Shown one piece after another: positions 19,890 through 30,752 of a DNA stretch of 64,000 nucleotides; the first letter of the stretch is position 1, and every line of letters begins with the position of its first letter. The stretch spans positions 2,208,001 through 2,272,000 of the forward strand of contig CBDDFZ010000001.1 of NCBI GenBank assembly GCA_965227515.1. Reading direction: 5' to 3'. Source of the DNA: Alphaproteobacteria bacterium (GTDB lineage: Bacteria > Pseudomonadota > Alphaproteobacteria > CALKHQ01). The notes beneath the pieces are model-generated. The model had not been told where the DNA came from. It worked only from the letters and a program-made list of their open reading frames with translations, and ran no database searches. The translations under genes were made by a program, and so were the position numbers.

Positions 19890-20768
19890 TCAGCCGGTCA
19901 ACACAGGCCGCAATGCGTCCATTTGCGCGCCTACGAATTTGAAAAAGGCGTCGACCCGACGAAGATATCGGGCGTCAGGGTGGCAAAGAACACGCCAGAC
20001 GCGGGTCAGTTCGGGGACAGGCGGCAGGATTTGGACAAGGTCGGGCTCGCCATCGCCAAGCGGCAGCGGCAGGGCGGCGATGCCAACGCCCGACTTCACG
20101 GCGGAGACGAGGCCCAGAACGCTGTTGCTGCGCGCGGTTATGCGGGCGTTCGGCGCGACCTCGCGTAGCCAGATCGACAGCCGGTGACTGTCGCTTTCGA
20201 ATGCGACCACGGAATGCTGATCGATCTCGTCGATCGAGGTCGGCGCGCCGTGCTGTCTCACATAGCCGGCGCTGGCGTAGACCGCCCAGATCGAATCCGC
20301 GATCGTGCGCCCGACAAGGACTCCGTCGGTGTCGCCGGAGCGAAACGCCACGTCGGCCTCGCCCCTTGCAAGATCGACATAGCGATCGGCAAGGACGAAC
20401 TCGATGCCCAGATCGGGATGCTTGCCTTGGAACCGATCGAGGAAGCCCGATTGCGCCAGCCGATTGGCGATGGGTTCAGGGCAGGTAAGCCGCAGGATGC
20501 CCTCGTGCGCGGCTTCCGCGCAGCGCCGCTCGAACATCTCGATCGCGCCCGCCACGTTCTCCACCGACGCGAGCACAGCATTGCCGGCCGGTGTGAGCCG
20601 GTAGCCGCTCGGCAACCGCTCCACCAAACGGAGCTTCAAGTCGGCCTCCAGATCGACCAGACGCCGCTGAACCGTCGACTGGTTCACGTGGAGCGCGCGG
20701 GCGGCGGCAAGCGTGCTGCCGTTCCGGGCCACCGCCAGAAAATACTTCAGATCGTTCCAGTCGAGCAT
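19890..20768 (-). CDS. LysR family transcriptional regulator
   Basis: LDWNDLKYFLAVARNGSTLAAARAL..QSTVQRR HTH; DLARGEADVAFR. Confidence 0.93.
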   Translation of the reverse strand: MLDWNDLKYFLAVARNGSTLAAARALHVNQSTVQRRLVDLEADLKLRLVERLPSGYRLTPAGNAVLASVENVAGAIEMFERRCAEAAHEGILRLTCPEPIANRLAQSGFLDRFQGKHPDLGIEFVLADRYVDLARGEADVAFRSGDTDGVLVGRTIADSIWAVYASAGYVRQHGAPTSIDEIDQHSVVAFESDSHRLSIWLREVAPNARITARSNSVLGLVSAVKSGVGIAALPLPLGDGEPDLVQILPPVPELTRVWRVLCHPDARYLRRVDAFFKFVGAQMDALRPVLTG

Positions 20769-21019
20769 TGTTCGCCGAACCGCCCAAGGACGCGAGACGC
20801 AGGACTATGCAGCTTCGCGGGGGCCTTCCGCAATATTGCCGAGTGCCGCGACAACTCGGCCTCGGCATACATTATTTCGGACGATCGGTAGGACGGGCGA
20901 GGCCAAGCGGTTCGCCGGTTGTCGAAGCCAAACTCAACCCAGGTGGAAGCCGGTTGCAGGCATGCCGCGCACCAGCGCGACACCGCCCCTCGGCTGTCCA
21001 GAACGCAGGAAGGTGCCTG

Positions 21020-21388
21020 ATGAGGGTTATGCGGTTATCGGCCATGTGGGCGGGTGCTGCGGTTGCGGCGGCCGTGCTGACATCGGCGGTTCATGCCGAG
21101 GATCCGGCGGTGACCGATCCGGACTTCTACAAGGTCATCTTCGAGAACGATCGCGTGCGCGTGCTGGAATACCAGGACGGGCCCGGCGACAAGACCAGCA
21201 TGCATGACCACCCCGCCTTCCTGGTCTACGCGCTGAGCGCCTTCGAGCGTCGCCTGACGCTGCCGGACGGCACGGAGCTGAACCGCTCGTTCACCCCCGG
21301 CCAAGTGCTGTTTTCCGAGGCGCAAACCCACGCGGGCGAGAACGTCGGGACCACGCCCACGCATATCATCATGGTGGAGCTGAAATAG
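21020..21388 (+). CDS. Small secreted cupin-like protein
   Basis: Signal peptide; YKVIFENDRVRVL, PGDKTSMHDHP and HAGENVG motifs. Confidence 0.75.
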   Translation: MRVMRLSAMWAGAAVAAAVLTSAVHAEDPAVTDPDFYKVIFENDRVRVLEYQDGPGDKTSMHDHPAFLVYALSAFERRLTLPDGTELNRSFTPGQVLFSEAQTHAGENVGTTPTHIIMVELK

Positions 21389-21505
21389 ATGCACATGGCC
21401 GCCCCGCTGCCCCCAACAGGGGCGATAGCGGGCATTCCCGACAGGACTGCGCTTCATCGGGTGCGCAAGGTTCATTTCGTTCAATCTGTTACGAAACTGG
21501 GAGTA

Positions 21506-21982
21506 ATGATAGTGCGCAAGTTAGCTGCCAATATCGCGATCGCGAGTGTCGCGACAACGCTCGCGGTGGGCACGGCCGCAGCGGCCGGCCCGACGGATGT
21601 CAGGGTCCTCACTGACGCCCCCTACTACGATGTCGCGTCCATGCAAGGTATGCGTCTTGGAACGCTGGAGGCGGGGCGTGTGGTCGCCATCTGGGACTGT
21701 CCCTCCGGCTGGTGCCAGATTTCGGGAGGCTATGTCCGCGCCGAGTATCTCGATCTCGCCGCGTTGCCGGACGGTGATCCCCGAAATCCCGGCAATGCGG
21801 GCGGCGGCGGGTTCCGCAATGTCACCGTGAACGGCGACGTGGATCTCTACGACCAGCCGGGCGGCAACGGCAATATTGTCGGCATGCTCGCAATGGGCCA
21901 GACGATCGGAATGGGGCAATGCATCGATGGCTGGTGCCAGGTCACCGGCGGCTGGGTCTGGGGAGAATTCCTGGACCAGTGA
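21506..21982 (+). CDS. Secreted protein with two bacterial SH3-like repeats
   Basis: Signal peptide; internal repeats CPSGWCQISGGYV and CIDGWCQVTGGWV. Confidence 0.7.
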   Translation: MIVRKLAANIAIASVATTLAVGTAAAAGPTDVRVLTDAPYYDVASMQGMRLGTLEAGRVVAIWDCPSGWCQISGGYVRAEYLDLAALPDGDPRNPGNAGGGGFRNVTVNGDVDLYDQPGGNGNIVGMLAMGQTIGMGQCIDGWCQVTGGWVWGEFLDQ

Positions 21983-22131
21983 CCCAAGATTCGGATCTCC
22001 CTTCTGGGGCCCTTCCGACGGATTGATGTTTCCTCGGCAAGCCGGGCGCATCCGATGGCCGAGGCGCCTGAGAAACGCGGGCTGGAACCTTGGGGTGGTG
22101 ACATCGCCTGCTGGGCGACGTCACCACCCGC

Positions 22132-22893
<762 letters not shown>

Positions 22894-22894
22894 G

Positions 22895-23890
22895 TCAGCG
22901 ACCCTCCTGATGGCGGCGGTCGAGCCAGGAATGCAGGGCCATCATGCCCAGGATGATGGCGCCGATGAAGATGTTGTAGGCCAGCCCCGGCACGCCGATC
23001 AGCACGATGCCGTTGCGCGCCAGCCGCAGGATCAGGATGCCGATGACGGTGCCGATGATGGTGCCGCGCCCGCCGGTGAGCGCCGTGCCGCCGATCACCA
23101 CCATGGCGATCACCTCAAGCTCGTAGGTGGTGCCGCTGTTGGGGTTGGCGGCCGAGGTGCGGATCGAGCTGATGATGCCGGCGAAGCCCGCCATCGTCGA
23201 CGACACGATGAACAGGATCATCTTGGTCAGCCGCACGTTCACGCCGCGTGCGCGGGCCGCGTTCGGGTTGCCGCCCGACGCCTGAATCCAGTTGCCGAAC
23301 TTGGTCTGGGTCAGGATGTAGCCGAACACAACCGCGGCCAGGATGAACCAGAACAGCGACATGTAGATGCGCAGGTCGCCGATATAGAAGTCGCCGACCA
23401 GTACTTGTGCCAGCCACAGGTCGCCGGCATCCCAGGTGCGCTGCGGAAAGCCATCGGTGACGTAGAGGGCGGTGCCGCGCACCACCAGCAGCATGCCGAG
23501 TGTCACCAGGAACGAGGGTATTTTCAGCCGGGTCACGAACAGGCCGCTGATCAGCCCGAAGCAGGCGGCGACCAGCAGGCTTGCGAGGAACGCGAGCTCG
23601 ATGCCGACCACGCCCTCGTTGAACAGCGTCCACATCAGCACGGGCGTGAAGCCGAATACCGAGCCGACCGAGAGGTCGAACTCGCCAGATGTCATCAGCA
23701 GCGTCATCGCCAGCGCGATCAGCCCCAACTCCACCGTGAAGACCAGCAGGTTGGAGATGTTGCGGATCGACAGGTAGGTCGGGTTGATCGAATAGAAGAC
23801 GACGATCATCACCACCAGCAGGACGAACGGCCCGAACTCCGGCTTGGCGACGATGCGCTTAATGAAGTCGATGATGTTGGACGCGGGCAT
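22895..23890 (-). CDS. Sugar ABC transporter permease (RbsC-like)
   Basis: GEFDLSVGS, IPSFLVTLG and YELEVIAMVVIGGT motifs. Confidence 0.95.
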   Translation of the reverse strand: MPASNIIDFIKRIVAKPEFGPFVLLVVMIVVFYSINPTYLSIRNISNLLVFTVELGLIALAMTLLMTSGEFDLSVGSVFGFTPVLMWTLFNEGVVGIELAFLASLLVAACFGLISGLFVTRLKIPSFLVTLGMLLVVRGTALYVTDGFPQRTWDAGDLWLAQVLVGDFYIGDLRIYMSLFWFILAAVVFGYILTQTKFGNWIQASGGNPNAARARGVNVRLTKMILFIVSSTMAGFAGIISSIRTSAANPNSGTTYELEVIAMVVIGGTALTGGRGTIIGTVIGILILRLARNGIVLIGVPGLAYNIFIGAIILGMMALHSWLDRRHQEGR

Positions 23891-23980
23891 GATGGGCGCG
23901 GGGCTCGGCGATAGGGCGCGGTGGCGCGTAGGCGGTGCCGGCGGCGGCCGAAACCGCCGCCGGGTCTTGGGCTATTCGGC

Positions 23981-24919
23981 TCAGTTGCCCGACAGGATGT
24001 CGTCGTAGATCTGAGCCGTGGAGGCGTCGTAGAGCGCGCCGGTATAGACATCGAAGCCGGCCGGAATGCCGTTCACTTCCATCGCCGCCAACGACAGGGC
24101 GACGTAGCTGGTGGCGTGCGGGTCCTGCCACATGGCGGCGTTGACGTAGCCGTTCAGCACCTCTTGCGTGGTGTCGAGCGAGTTGCCCCAGCCGACCACC
24201 GGAATGTCGCCGGCCGCGAAGCCGGCCTGGTCGAACACGCGCGCGATGCTGCCGGTAACCAGGTCGCCGAGCCCGATGATCGCGTCGACATTGTCGCCAT
24301 TGGCGACCAGGTAGTCGGTCATGCGGGTGATGACCTCGGCCTGGTCCAGGGTGGCGTCGGTCACCTCCCAGGTGATGCCCATCGGCTCGAAGACGGTGGC
24401 GATGCCTTCTTCTTCCTGCACGCCGTAGGTGGCGCCCGGAACCTCAACCGGCATCCAGACGAAGTCGCCTGCCTCGACATGGCCGTTGTCGACCAGGTAC
24501 TGCGCCCAGCGCCTGCCGGTGTCGACAAGGTCCATGCCGACATAGGCGTCGAAATTGGCGCTCGGGTCGGGCGTGTTCATGTTGATGATCGGGATGCCGG
24601 CTTCCTGCGCCTCGGCCACCACTTCTACCAGGCTGCCCGGGTCGGGGCTGGAGCTGACGATGCCGTCTGCACCCGCCGCGATCGCGGCACGCACCGCTTC
24701 CTGGTGGGACGCGACGTCGCCGCTGTGGAACGAGGTATTGACCGTGTTGCCCGTATCTTCCGCCCACATCTCGGCGCCGGCGAGGAAATAGGTCCAGACC
24801 GGGTCGGCCGGGCCGCCATGGGAAATCCAATAGAAGGTGCGGGCCTCTTGCGCCATCGCCGGCGCGGCCACGGCCGATGCGGCAAGCACCGCTGCGGCGG
24901 CAACCGTTCTCTTGATCAT
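23981..24919 (-). CDS. Sugar ABC transporter periplasmic binding protein
   Basis: Signal peptide; PBP type I-like sequence; first gene of the ABC operon. Confidence 0.88.
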   Translation of the reverse strand: MIKRTVAAAAVLAASAVAAPAMAQEARTFYWISHGGPADPVWTYFLAGAEMWAEDTGNTVNTSFHSGDVASHQEAVRAAIAAGADGIVSSSPDPGSLVEVVAEAQEAGIPIINMNTPDPSANFDAYVGMDLVDTGRRWAQYLVDNGHVEAGDFVWMPVEVPGATYGVQEEEGIATVFEPMGITWEVTDATLDQAEVITRMTDYLVANGDNVDAIIGLGDLVTGSIARVFDQAGFAAGDIPVVGWGNSLDTTQEVLNGYVNAAMWQDPHATSYVALSLAAMEVNGIPAGFDVYTGALYDASTAQIYDDILSGN

Positions 24920-25159
24920 GTCTGCTTCCTCCCTCCTCGTGTCGAGGTTGTTTCGCGACAGCTTTTCACCTGTCGGCGGCCACACTAGCGCTAAACTGCG
25001 CGCGGCGCACGCCGATGCTTGGCGTCGCTTTCGGCGATGGGGAGGTAAACGTTGTCAGATGTGCGTGGCTTCGTGCCGGATGCCCCCGTTGGCTGCCGCC
25101 GAGGGGCATGCCGTTTTGGTCGCGCTTGATGCCGACTGCCTTGATGCCAACAATAGGGG

Positions 25160-26026
25160 ATGGCGATGACCGGATCTGAACGCGCGTGCGCCATCGTGAC
25201 CGGCGGCAATGGTGGCATCGGTTATGCGACCGCCGAGGCGCTGATCGCGCGCGACTGGCAGGTGGTGATCACCGGGCGGAACGAAACGGCGCTCGCGGAC
25301 GCGGCGGCAAGGCTCGGCGGCGGCACCGCATGGCGGGTCGGCGACTTCGCCTCGCTGGAAGCGGTGCGCGGGCTCGCCGCCGAACTGGTGCGACTGCCGC
25401 GCATCGACGCGCTGGTCAACAATGCCGGCATCGCGCTGACCGAGCGGCGGGTCACCGGTGACGGCAACGAGATGGTGATGCAGGTCAACCACCTGGCGCC
25501 CTTCCTGCTGACCACTCTCATGCTCGACAAGCTGAGGGCCTGTGCGCCGGTGCGGGTGTTCAACGTCGCCTCGCGCATGCACATGGTGGCGCGCACCGCC
25601 TATCTGGACGACATCCAGTTCGAACGCGGCTACAGCACCGCGCGCAGCTATGGCCGCTCCAAGCTCTACAACATCCTGTTTTCGCGCGAGCTGGCGCGGC
25701 GGATGGAGGGAACGGGGGTCACGGTCAACGCGGTCCATCCCGGCGGCATTCGCAGCTCCATCGGCGCCGATGGCGACATGAGGGGGTTCACCGGCTGGCT
25801 CTACCGGCTGATGAACCGGCGCTCGGCGCCGGCGTCGCGGGCCGGCAACATGATCGCGGACCTGGTCACCGCGCCGGAGCACGCCGCCACTACCGGCCGG
25901 TATTTCGGCAGCGATGGCCAGCTCTCGCAGACCAGCGCGCTGGCCGCCGATGACGACACCGCAGCCCGGCTGTGGCAGATCAGCGAACGACTGGTCGGCA
26001 CGACCGCACCATTGGAAAATCCATGA
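25160..26026 (+). CDS. Short-chain dehydrogenase/reductase
   Basis: TGGNGGIG, NNAG, YGRSK and VHPG motifs. Confidence 0.92.
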   Translation: MAMTGSERACAIVTGGNGGIGYATAEALIARDWQVVITGRNETALADAAARLGGGTAWRVGDFASLEAVRGLAAELVRLPRIDALVNNAGIALTERRVTGDGNEMVMQVNHLAPFLLTTLMLDKLRACAPVRVFNVASRMHMVARTAYLDDIQFERGYSTARSYGRSKLYNILFSRELARRMEGTGVTVNAVHPGGIRSSIGADGDMRGFTGWLYRLMNRRSAPASRAGNMIADLVTAPEHAATTGRYFGSDGQLSQTSALAADDDTAARLWQISERLVGTTAPLENP

Positions 26027-26940
26027 GCTTCAGCGACCTCCCCATCATCGACGCCCACCACCATCTGTGGGACCTGGAAACGAACAGCTATCCGTGGCTG
26101 CAGAAACGCCCGCCGGCGCCGGAGGACGTGTTCGTCGGCGATATCCGGCCGCTGCGCCACAGTTATCTGCTGGACGACTTCAAGGCCGATATCGGCGACC
26201 TCAGCGTGGTCAAGTCGGTGCACCTGCAGGCCGACCACGACCCGGCCGATCCGGTGGCGGAGACGCGCTGGCTGCAGGCGGTGGCGGACGCGCCCGGCTC
26301 CGGCGGCTTCCCGCACGCCATCGTTGCCTATGCGGACCTGTCCGACCCGTCCGTGGGCGATGTGCTGGCCGCGCACGCCGCGTTCGCCAATGTGCGTGGC
26401 ATCCGCCAGATCCTGAACACCCACGACGAAACCAAATACGCGCACGTCGACGTGCCTTTTATGGACGAGCCGCGCTGGGAGCAGGGCTATGGCCGGCTGG
26501 CCGAGCACGGCATGTCGTTCGACCTCCAGCTCTATCCGCACCAGATGGCGCAGGCGGCGGCGATCGTGGCCCGGCATCCGGACATTCCGGTGATCGTCAA
26601 CCACACCGGCATGCCGATCCGCCGCGACGACGCCGGCCGAACCTATTGGCGGGGCGAACTGGCGCGACTGGCCGCGCTGCCGCACGTGGCGATCAAGATC
26701 TCCGGCCTCGGCATGCTCGACCACCAGTGGGACGAATTGTCGATCCGCCCGTTCGTGCTCGACACCATCGACCTGTTCGGCGCCGACCGTTGCCTGTTCG
26801 CCTCCAACTTCCCGGTCGACAAGCTGTTCAGCAGCTATGCAGCGATCTGGCGGGCGTTCGATGCGATCACCGCCGAGTTCAGCGAGCACGAGCGCCGTGC
26901 CCTGTTCCACGACAACGCGGCGCGCATCTACCGCATCTAG
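26023..26940 (+). CDS. Amidohydrolase (lactonase-like, Amidohydro_2)
   Basis: IDAHHHLW, NHTGMP, KISG and FASNFPVD motifs; ATGA overlap with the SDR gene. Confidence 0.88.
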   Translation: MSFSDLPIIDAHHHLWDLETNSYPWLQKRPPAPEDVFVGDIRPLRHSYLLDDFKADIGDLSVVKSVHLQADHDPADPVAETRWLQAVADAPGSGGFPHAIVAYADLSDPSVGDVLAAHAAFANVRGIRQILNTHDETKYAHVDVPFMDEPRWEQGYGRLAEHGMSFDLQLYPHQMAQAAAIVARHPDIPVIVNHTGMPIRRDDAGRTYWRGELARLAALPHVAIKISGLGMLDHQWDELSIRPFVLDTIDLFGADRCLFASNFPVDKLFSSYAAIWRAFDAITAEFSEHERRALFHDNAARIYRI

Positions 26941-27075
26941 CCCGTCCCGCTTTAAGGGTGTTTTGCTTGCCTGTGTGAATGTCGGGGCGAGCTTGCCGGT
27001 TGGATTTTCAACCGGTATCGTTCGTGCGTTCGGTTCTGTTCTTCAATCCGATAGTCGAAGTGAGATGTCCCCCAC

Positions 27076-28287
27076 ATGAAACAGCGACACCCCCAATCCG
27101 TGTTCTCTTGCCTGGCCGCGCTGGCGGCCCTGACCTTCGTCGCCGGCTGCCAGTCCGGCGGTTCGGGCGGAGGGACGACGGCTGCGGCTTCATCTGCGCC
27201 GTCAGCGGCACCGGTCCAGACCGCGAGTGCCGCGGTGCCGGAGGACACGGGCGGTGCCATCGTTGTCGCCACCGCGGGGCCGATGTCCGGTCAGTACGCG
27301 GCGTTCGGCGAGCAGATGGAGCAGGGCGCCCGGCTGGCGGTCGACGACATTAACGCGGCTGGCGGGGTGCTGGGCCAGGACATGATGCTGGTAGTGGGGG
27401 ACGACCAGTGCCAAGAGGGCAATGCGGCAAGCGTCGCCAGTAGCCTCGTTGCCCAGGGTGCGGGATTCGTCGCCGGCCATTTCTGTTCGATTACATCGAT
27501 GCGTGCGGGCGAGGTTTACCAGCGCGAAAATGTCCTCATGATCTCGCCAGCCTCGACCAATAATGCTGTCACCGAAACGGGCGGTGCCAACGTCTTTCGC
27601 GTGTCAGGTCGCGACGACCAGCAAGGACGAATTGCTGGCGCTTACATCGCTGCTAACTACGCCGGTGTGCCAGTGGGCATCGTGCACGACGAAAGTGCTT
27701 ACGGAGAAAGCCTGGCGCGAACCGCGGAGCAAACGCTGCGAGCCAGCGGCGTGACCAACATTGTTGTGCGCGATTTTCGCAGCGGTGGTTCGGACTATTC
27801 CGGTGTCGTGAGCGCTCTGGAGGCGGCAGGCGTTGGGGTCGTCTACTTCGGTGGATGGGTGGACGACGCCTCGGTCATCCTGCGCCAGATGCGCGAGGTT
27901 GGCATGACGGCGCAGTTCATCGGCAGTGACTCGCTCGTGACCGATGAATTTTGGGCGCGCATCGGCACCATGGCCGAGGGCGTGCTGATGACCTTCGGTC
28001 CCGACCCGCGCAATTTCTCAACGGCGGCCGACACGGTCGCCCGGTTCCGCGCGTCGGGCTACGAGCCCGAGGGTTACACGCTCTACACCTATGCCACGAT
28101 GCAGGTGTTTGCTCAGGCCGCGCAGTTGGCCGGCTCGACGTCGCCGTCCGCGATGATCCCGGTGCTCAGGTCGAATACCTTCGACACGGTGATCGGCCCC
28201 GTCAGTTTCGATGCGAAGGGCGATGTCCGCCAGCCGGCCTATGTATTCTACGAGTGGAGCAACGGCACTTACGCGGAAGTGCGCTGA
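27076..28287 (+). CDS. Branched-chain amino acid ABC substrate-binding lipoprotein (LivJ-like)
   Basis: Lipobox VAGC; GPMSGQYA, INAAGGVLG, GHFCS and GRDDQQG motifs. Confidence 0.9.
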   Translation: MKQRHPQSVFSCLAALAALTFVAGCQSGGSGGGTTAAASSAPSAAPVQTASAAVPEDTGGAIVVATAGPMSGQYAAFGEQMEQGARLAVDDINAAGGVLGQDMMLVVGDDQCQEGNAASVASSLVAQGAGFVAGHFCSITSMRAGEVYQRENVLMISPASTNNAVTETGGANVFRVSGRDDQQGRIAGAYIAANYAGVPVGIVHDESAYGESLARTAEQTLRASGVTNIVVRDFRSGGSDYSGVVSALEAAGVGVVYFGGWVDDASVILRQMREVGMTAQFIGSDSLVTDEFWARIGTMAEGVLMTFGPDPRNFSTAADTVARFRASGYEPEGYTLYTYATMQVFAQAAQLAGSTSPSAMIPVLRSNTFDTVIGPVSFDAKGDVRQPAYVFYEWSNGTYAEVR

Positions 28288-28375
28288 TCGCCGGCCCTCG
28301 GCAAGCCATGCGTACCGCGCATGGCTGAGGTGATCGGCTTCGCAGCCGATTGACGGCCCCGACGGCGCGTGTCAC

Positions 28376-29341
28376 TTGGAAGGGCTGCCGATATCGCGCC
28401 GCGCATTCGCCGGCCCGGCTGCCGGACCAACGACGATCGCCTTTCACGCACCGCAAGCGCCGGTCGCCCGGCCCAGGAGATCGGAAAGCGCGCGCGGCAT
28501 CATCTACATGCTGGGCGCGATGTTCCTGTTCGTATCGGTCGACACCCAGGCAAAGGTGTTGTCGGAAACCGTGCCGGTCCTGCAAATCGCCTGGGCCCGG
28601 CTGATGGGGCTCGGGCTCGGCGCCCTGGGGCTTCTGATCGTACGCGGCCCCGGCCTGTTGCGCACCCGCCACCCGGTCATCCAGGTGACGCGCGGCTTTC
28701 TGGTTGTCGGCTCGTCGGTCCTGTTCATTATCGCCATCACCTACGTGCCGTTGGTGGATGCCGTCGCGGTGGCCTTCGTCGCCCCGCTGCTGGTCACCAT
28801 CATGGGGGCCATATTCCTGCGCGAGCCGGTGGGCATTCACCGCTGGGGCGCGGTGGTCGTCGGCTTTGTCGGCGCCATGATCGTGATACGGCCCGGGCTT
28901 GGGGTCGTGCATCCGGCGGCCCTGCTGGTGCTGGGTGCGGCGGGCATGTTCGCGGTGCGCCAGGTGATCTCGCGGATGGTCAGCGACTCCGACAGCACGC
29001 TCACCACCGTCGCCTACACCTCGCTGGTCGGCATCGTGCTGATATCGCTGCCGCTGCCGTTCATCTGGGAGACGCCGCAAACGACGCAGGAGGTGGTGAT
29101 GCTCGTCGCTATCGGCCTGATCGCGGCGTGCGCCGAATTCCTGCTGATCCGTGCGCTGGAAGTGGCGCAGGCGGTCGTGGTGGCGCCGATGCAATACACC
29201 ATGCTGGTCTGGAGCGCGATCTATGGCGTGCTTGTGTTCAGCTACTTCCCGGATATCTGGACCTGGGTCGGCTCGCTGATCATCGTGGCCTCCGGCCTCT
29301 ACACGTTCCACCGCGAGCGGGTGCGCCAGCAAGTCGGCTGA
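28376..29341 (+). CDS. DMT/EamA family transporter
   Basis: About 10 TM segments; FLREPVGIHRW and APMQY motifs. The start codon is uncertain. Confidence 0.88.
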   Translation: MEGLPISRRAFAGPAAGPTTIAFHAPQAPVARPRRSESARGIIYMLGAMFLFVSVDTQAKVLSETVPVLQIAWARLMGLGLGALGLLIVRGPGLLRTRHPVIQVTRGFLVVGSSVLFIIAITYVPLVDAVAVAFVAPLLVTIMGAIFLREPVGIHRWGAVVVGFVGAMIVIRPGLGVVHPAALLVLGAAGMFAVRQVISRMVSDSDSTLTTVAYTSLVGIVLISLPLPFIWETPQTTQEVVMLVAIGLIAACAEFLLIRALEVAQAVVVAPMQYTMLVWSAIYGVLVFSYFPDIWTWVGSLIIVASGLYTFHRERVRQQVG

Positions 29342-29455
29342 GTGATTTTTCCCCAACTTGACACGGTCACGTCACGACCACGCCACTATCCTCATCCAGA
29401 TAACGGTCCCAATAAGACCAATAAGCCCAACAAGAACAATAAGAAGGAGGCAGGA

Positions 29456-30508
29456 ATGAAAACCCTGACCCATGCAGCCGCCATCGCGCTCTTTGGCACG
29501 CTGGCGCCCCTTGCCGCCCAGGCCGATCAGGCCGACGACTTCATCATCGTTCTGCAGGAAGCGGCCGCCGCCGAGCAGGTCGCGTTCGCGGACGTGGAAA
29601 AACTCGACAACGGATGGGTCGAGATCCACGACCTGGACGTACTCGGGCAATTGCTGGCGGCAACGCCAATACCGGCGCTGGAAGGCGGCGATCCCGATGC
29701 TTCCGAAGTCATTCTGACTGTCGATACGCTGCGCCTGAGCCCCTATGCCATGGCGCATCTGCAATTCATGCTTGTCGGCATCCCGGGTCAAACCGTCGAG
29801 ATCGGCATCGAAGCCGAAGGCGTCAGCCTATTCCTCGGCGCGTTGAGCGGTATCGAGCCATTCGACCGGCTGCCGGGATACCTGGGCGATCGCACCGAGA
29901 TCTCCGGCGATCTCGACATGTCCATCGTGCGCGCGCCAGAAGACCACGGGGCCACAGTCGATATCCAGATCGTACTGGCGGACATGGGCCAGATCGCGGT
30001 CCACTACCAACCGCTCAGCGCCCAGGACGCGGCCTTGGACGTGGCGCTGACCGATGGCAGCGGCCATGACGTCCTCGGCCTGTCGACCTTCTTCGTGCGG
30101 ACGTGGTTCGAGATCGCCTTGGCCAACATGGCCGTGTTTGCGCAAGTGGCGCTGCCGGTCGAAGACCTGCCACCGGAAATGACGGCGATGGTCGAGGAGG
30201 TCGAGGCACAGCTGACAGCGATGAGAGACGGTATCGCCGCCATGCCGGCGACCGGCGAAGAGGCTGCCGGCCGACTGGCCTTGTGGGCCAACGAGATGGC
30301 GCAGGCGCTGCCGGAGTTTGCCGACACGCTCCACGCGTTCGCGCAGTTCGCCGAGGCCGAGGGCACGCTCGATCTGGCAATGAACACAGGCGGGTCGGGT
30401 GAAGGCTTAGGCGACTTCGTCGGCTTCCAGAGCCTGAACGATGCCAATATGATAGCGCGCGTTCTGCAGGCATTGGCGCTGCAGGCGACATTCTCGCCGG
30501 ACGAGTAG
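29456..30508 (+). CDS. Secreted acidic hypothetical protein
   Basis: RBS ggagg, signal peptide ending AQA, long acidic ORF with no recognised motif. Confidence 0.7.
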   Translation: MKTLTHAAAIALFGTLAPLAAQADQADDFIIVLQEAAAAEQVAFADVEKLDNGWVEIHDLDVLGQLLAATPIPALEGGDPDASEVILTVDTLRLSPYAMAHLQFMLVGIPGQTVEIGIEAEGVSLFLGALSGIEPFDRLPGYLGDRTEISGDLDMSIVRAPEDHGATVDIQIVLADMGQIAVHYQPLSAQDAALDVALTDGSGHDVLGLSTFFVRTWFEIALANMAVFAQVALPVEDLPPEMTAMVEEVEAQLTAMRDGIAAMPATGEEAAGRLALWANEMAQALPEFADTLHAFAQFAEAEGTLDLAMNTGGSGEGLGDFVGFQSLNDANMIARVLQALALQATFSPDE

Positions 30509-30602
30509 GGTTCCAGGCCGACACCCGCGCGCCCAAGCGCCGCGCCGCAACCTTGTGGCGGCGGCGGGCGCGCGGCTGTACGATCCGGGCATGTATCATT
30601 TG

Positions 30603-30733
30603 CTAGATCATGATCATCTGAGCCTGCGCCGGCCAGCACACCCACCCAGCCGCCCAACGGTAGTATCCTGTCTGGGTGGCCGGGTGGGGGTGCGGGCCGG
30701 TGCCGGCTTCAGCGAAAGCTGATCCCGATCTAA
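30603..30733. repeat. CTAG-bounded palindromic repeat, copy A
   Basis: Imperfect stem of about 30 bp at 30626-30703 with loop aacggtagtatcctgtct; similar to the copies at 34.7, 40.5 and 58.3 kb. Confidence 0.75.
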
Positions 30734-30752
30734 TTTCCGCGAGGAGAGCCCG

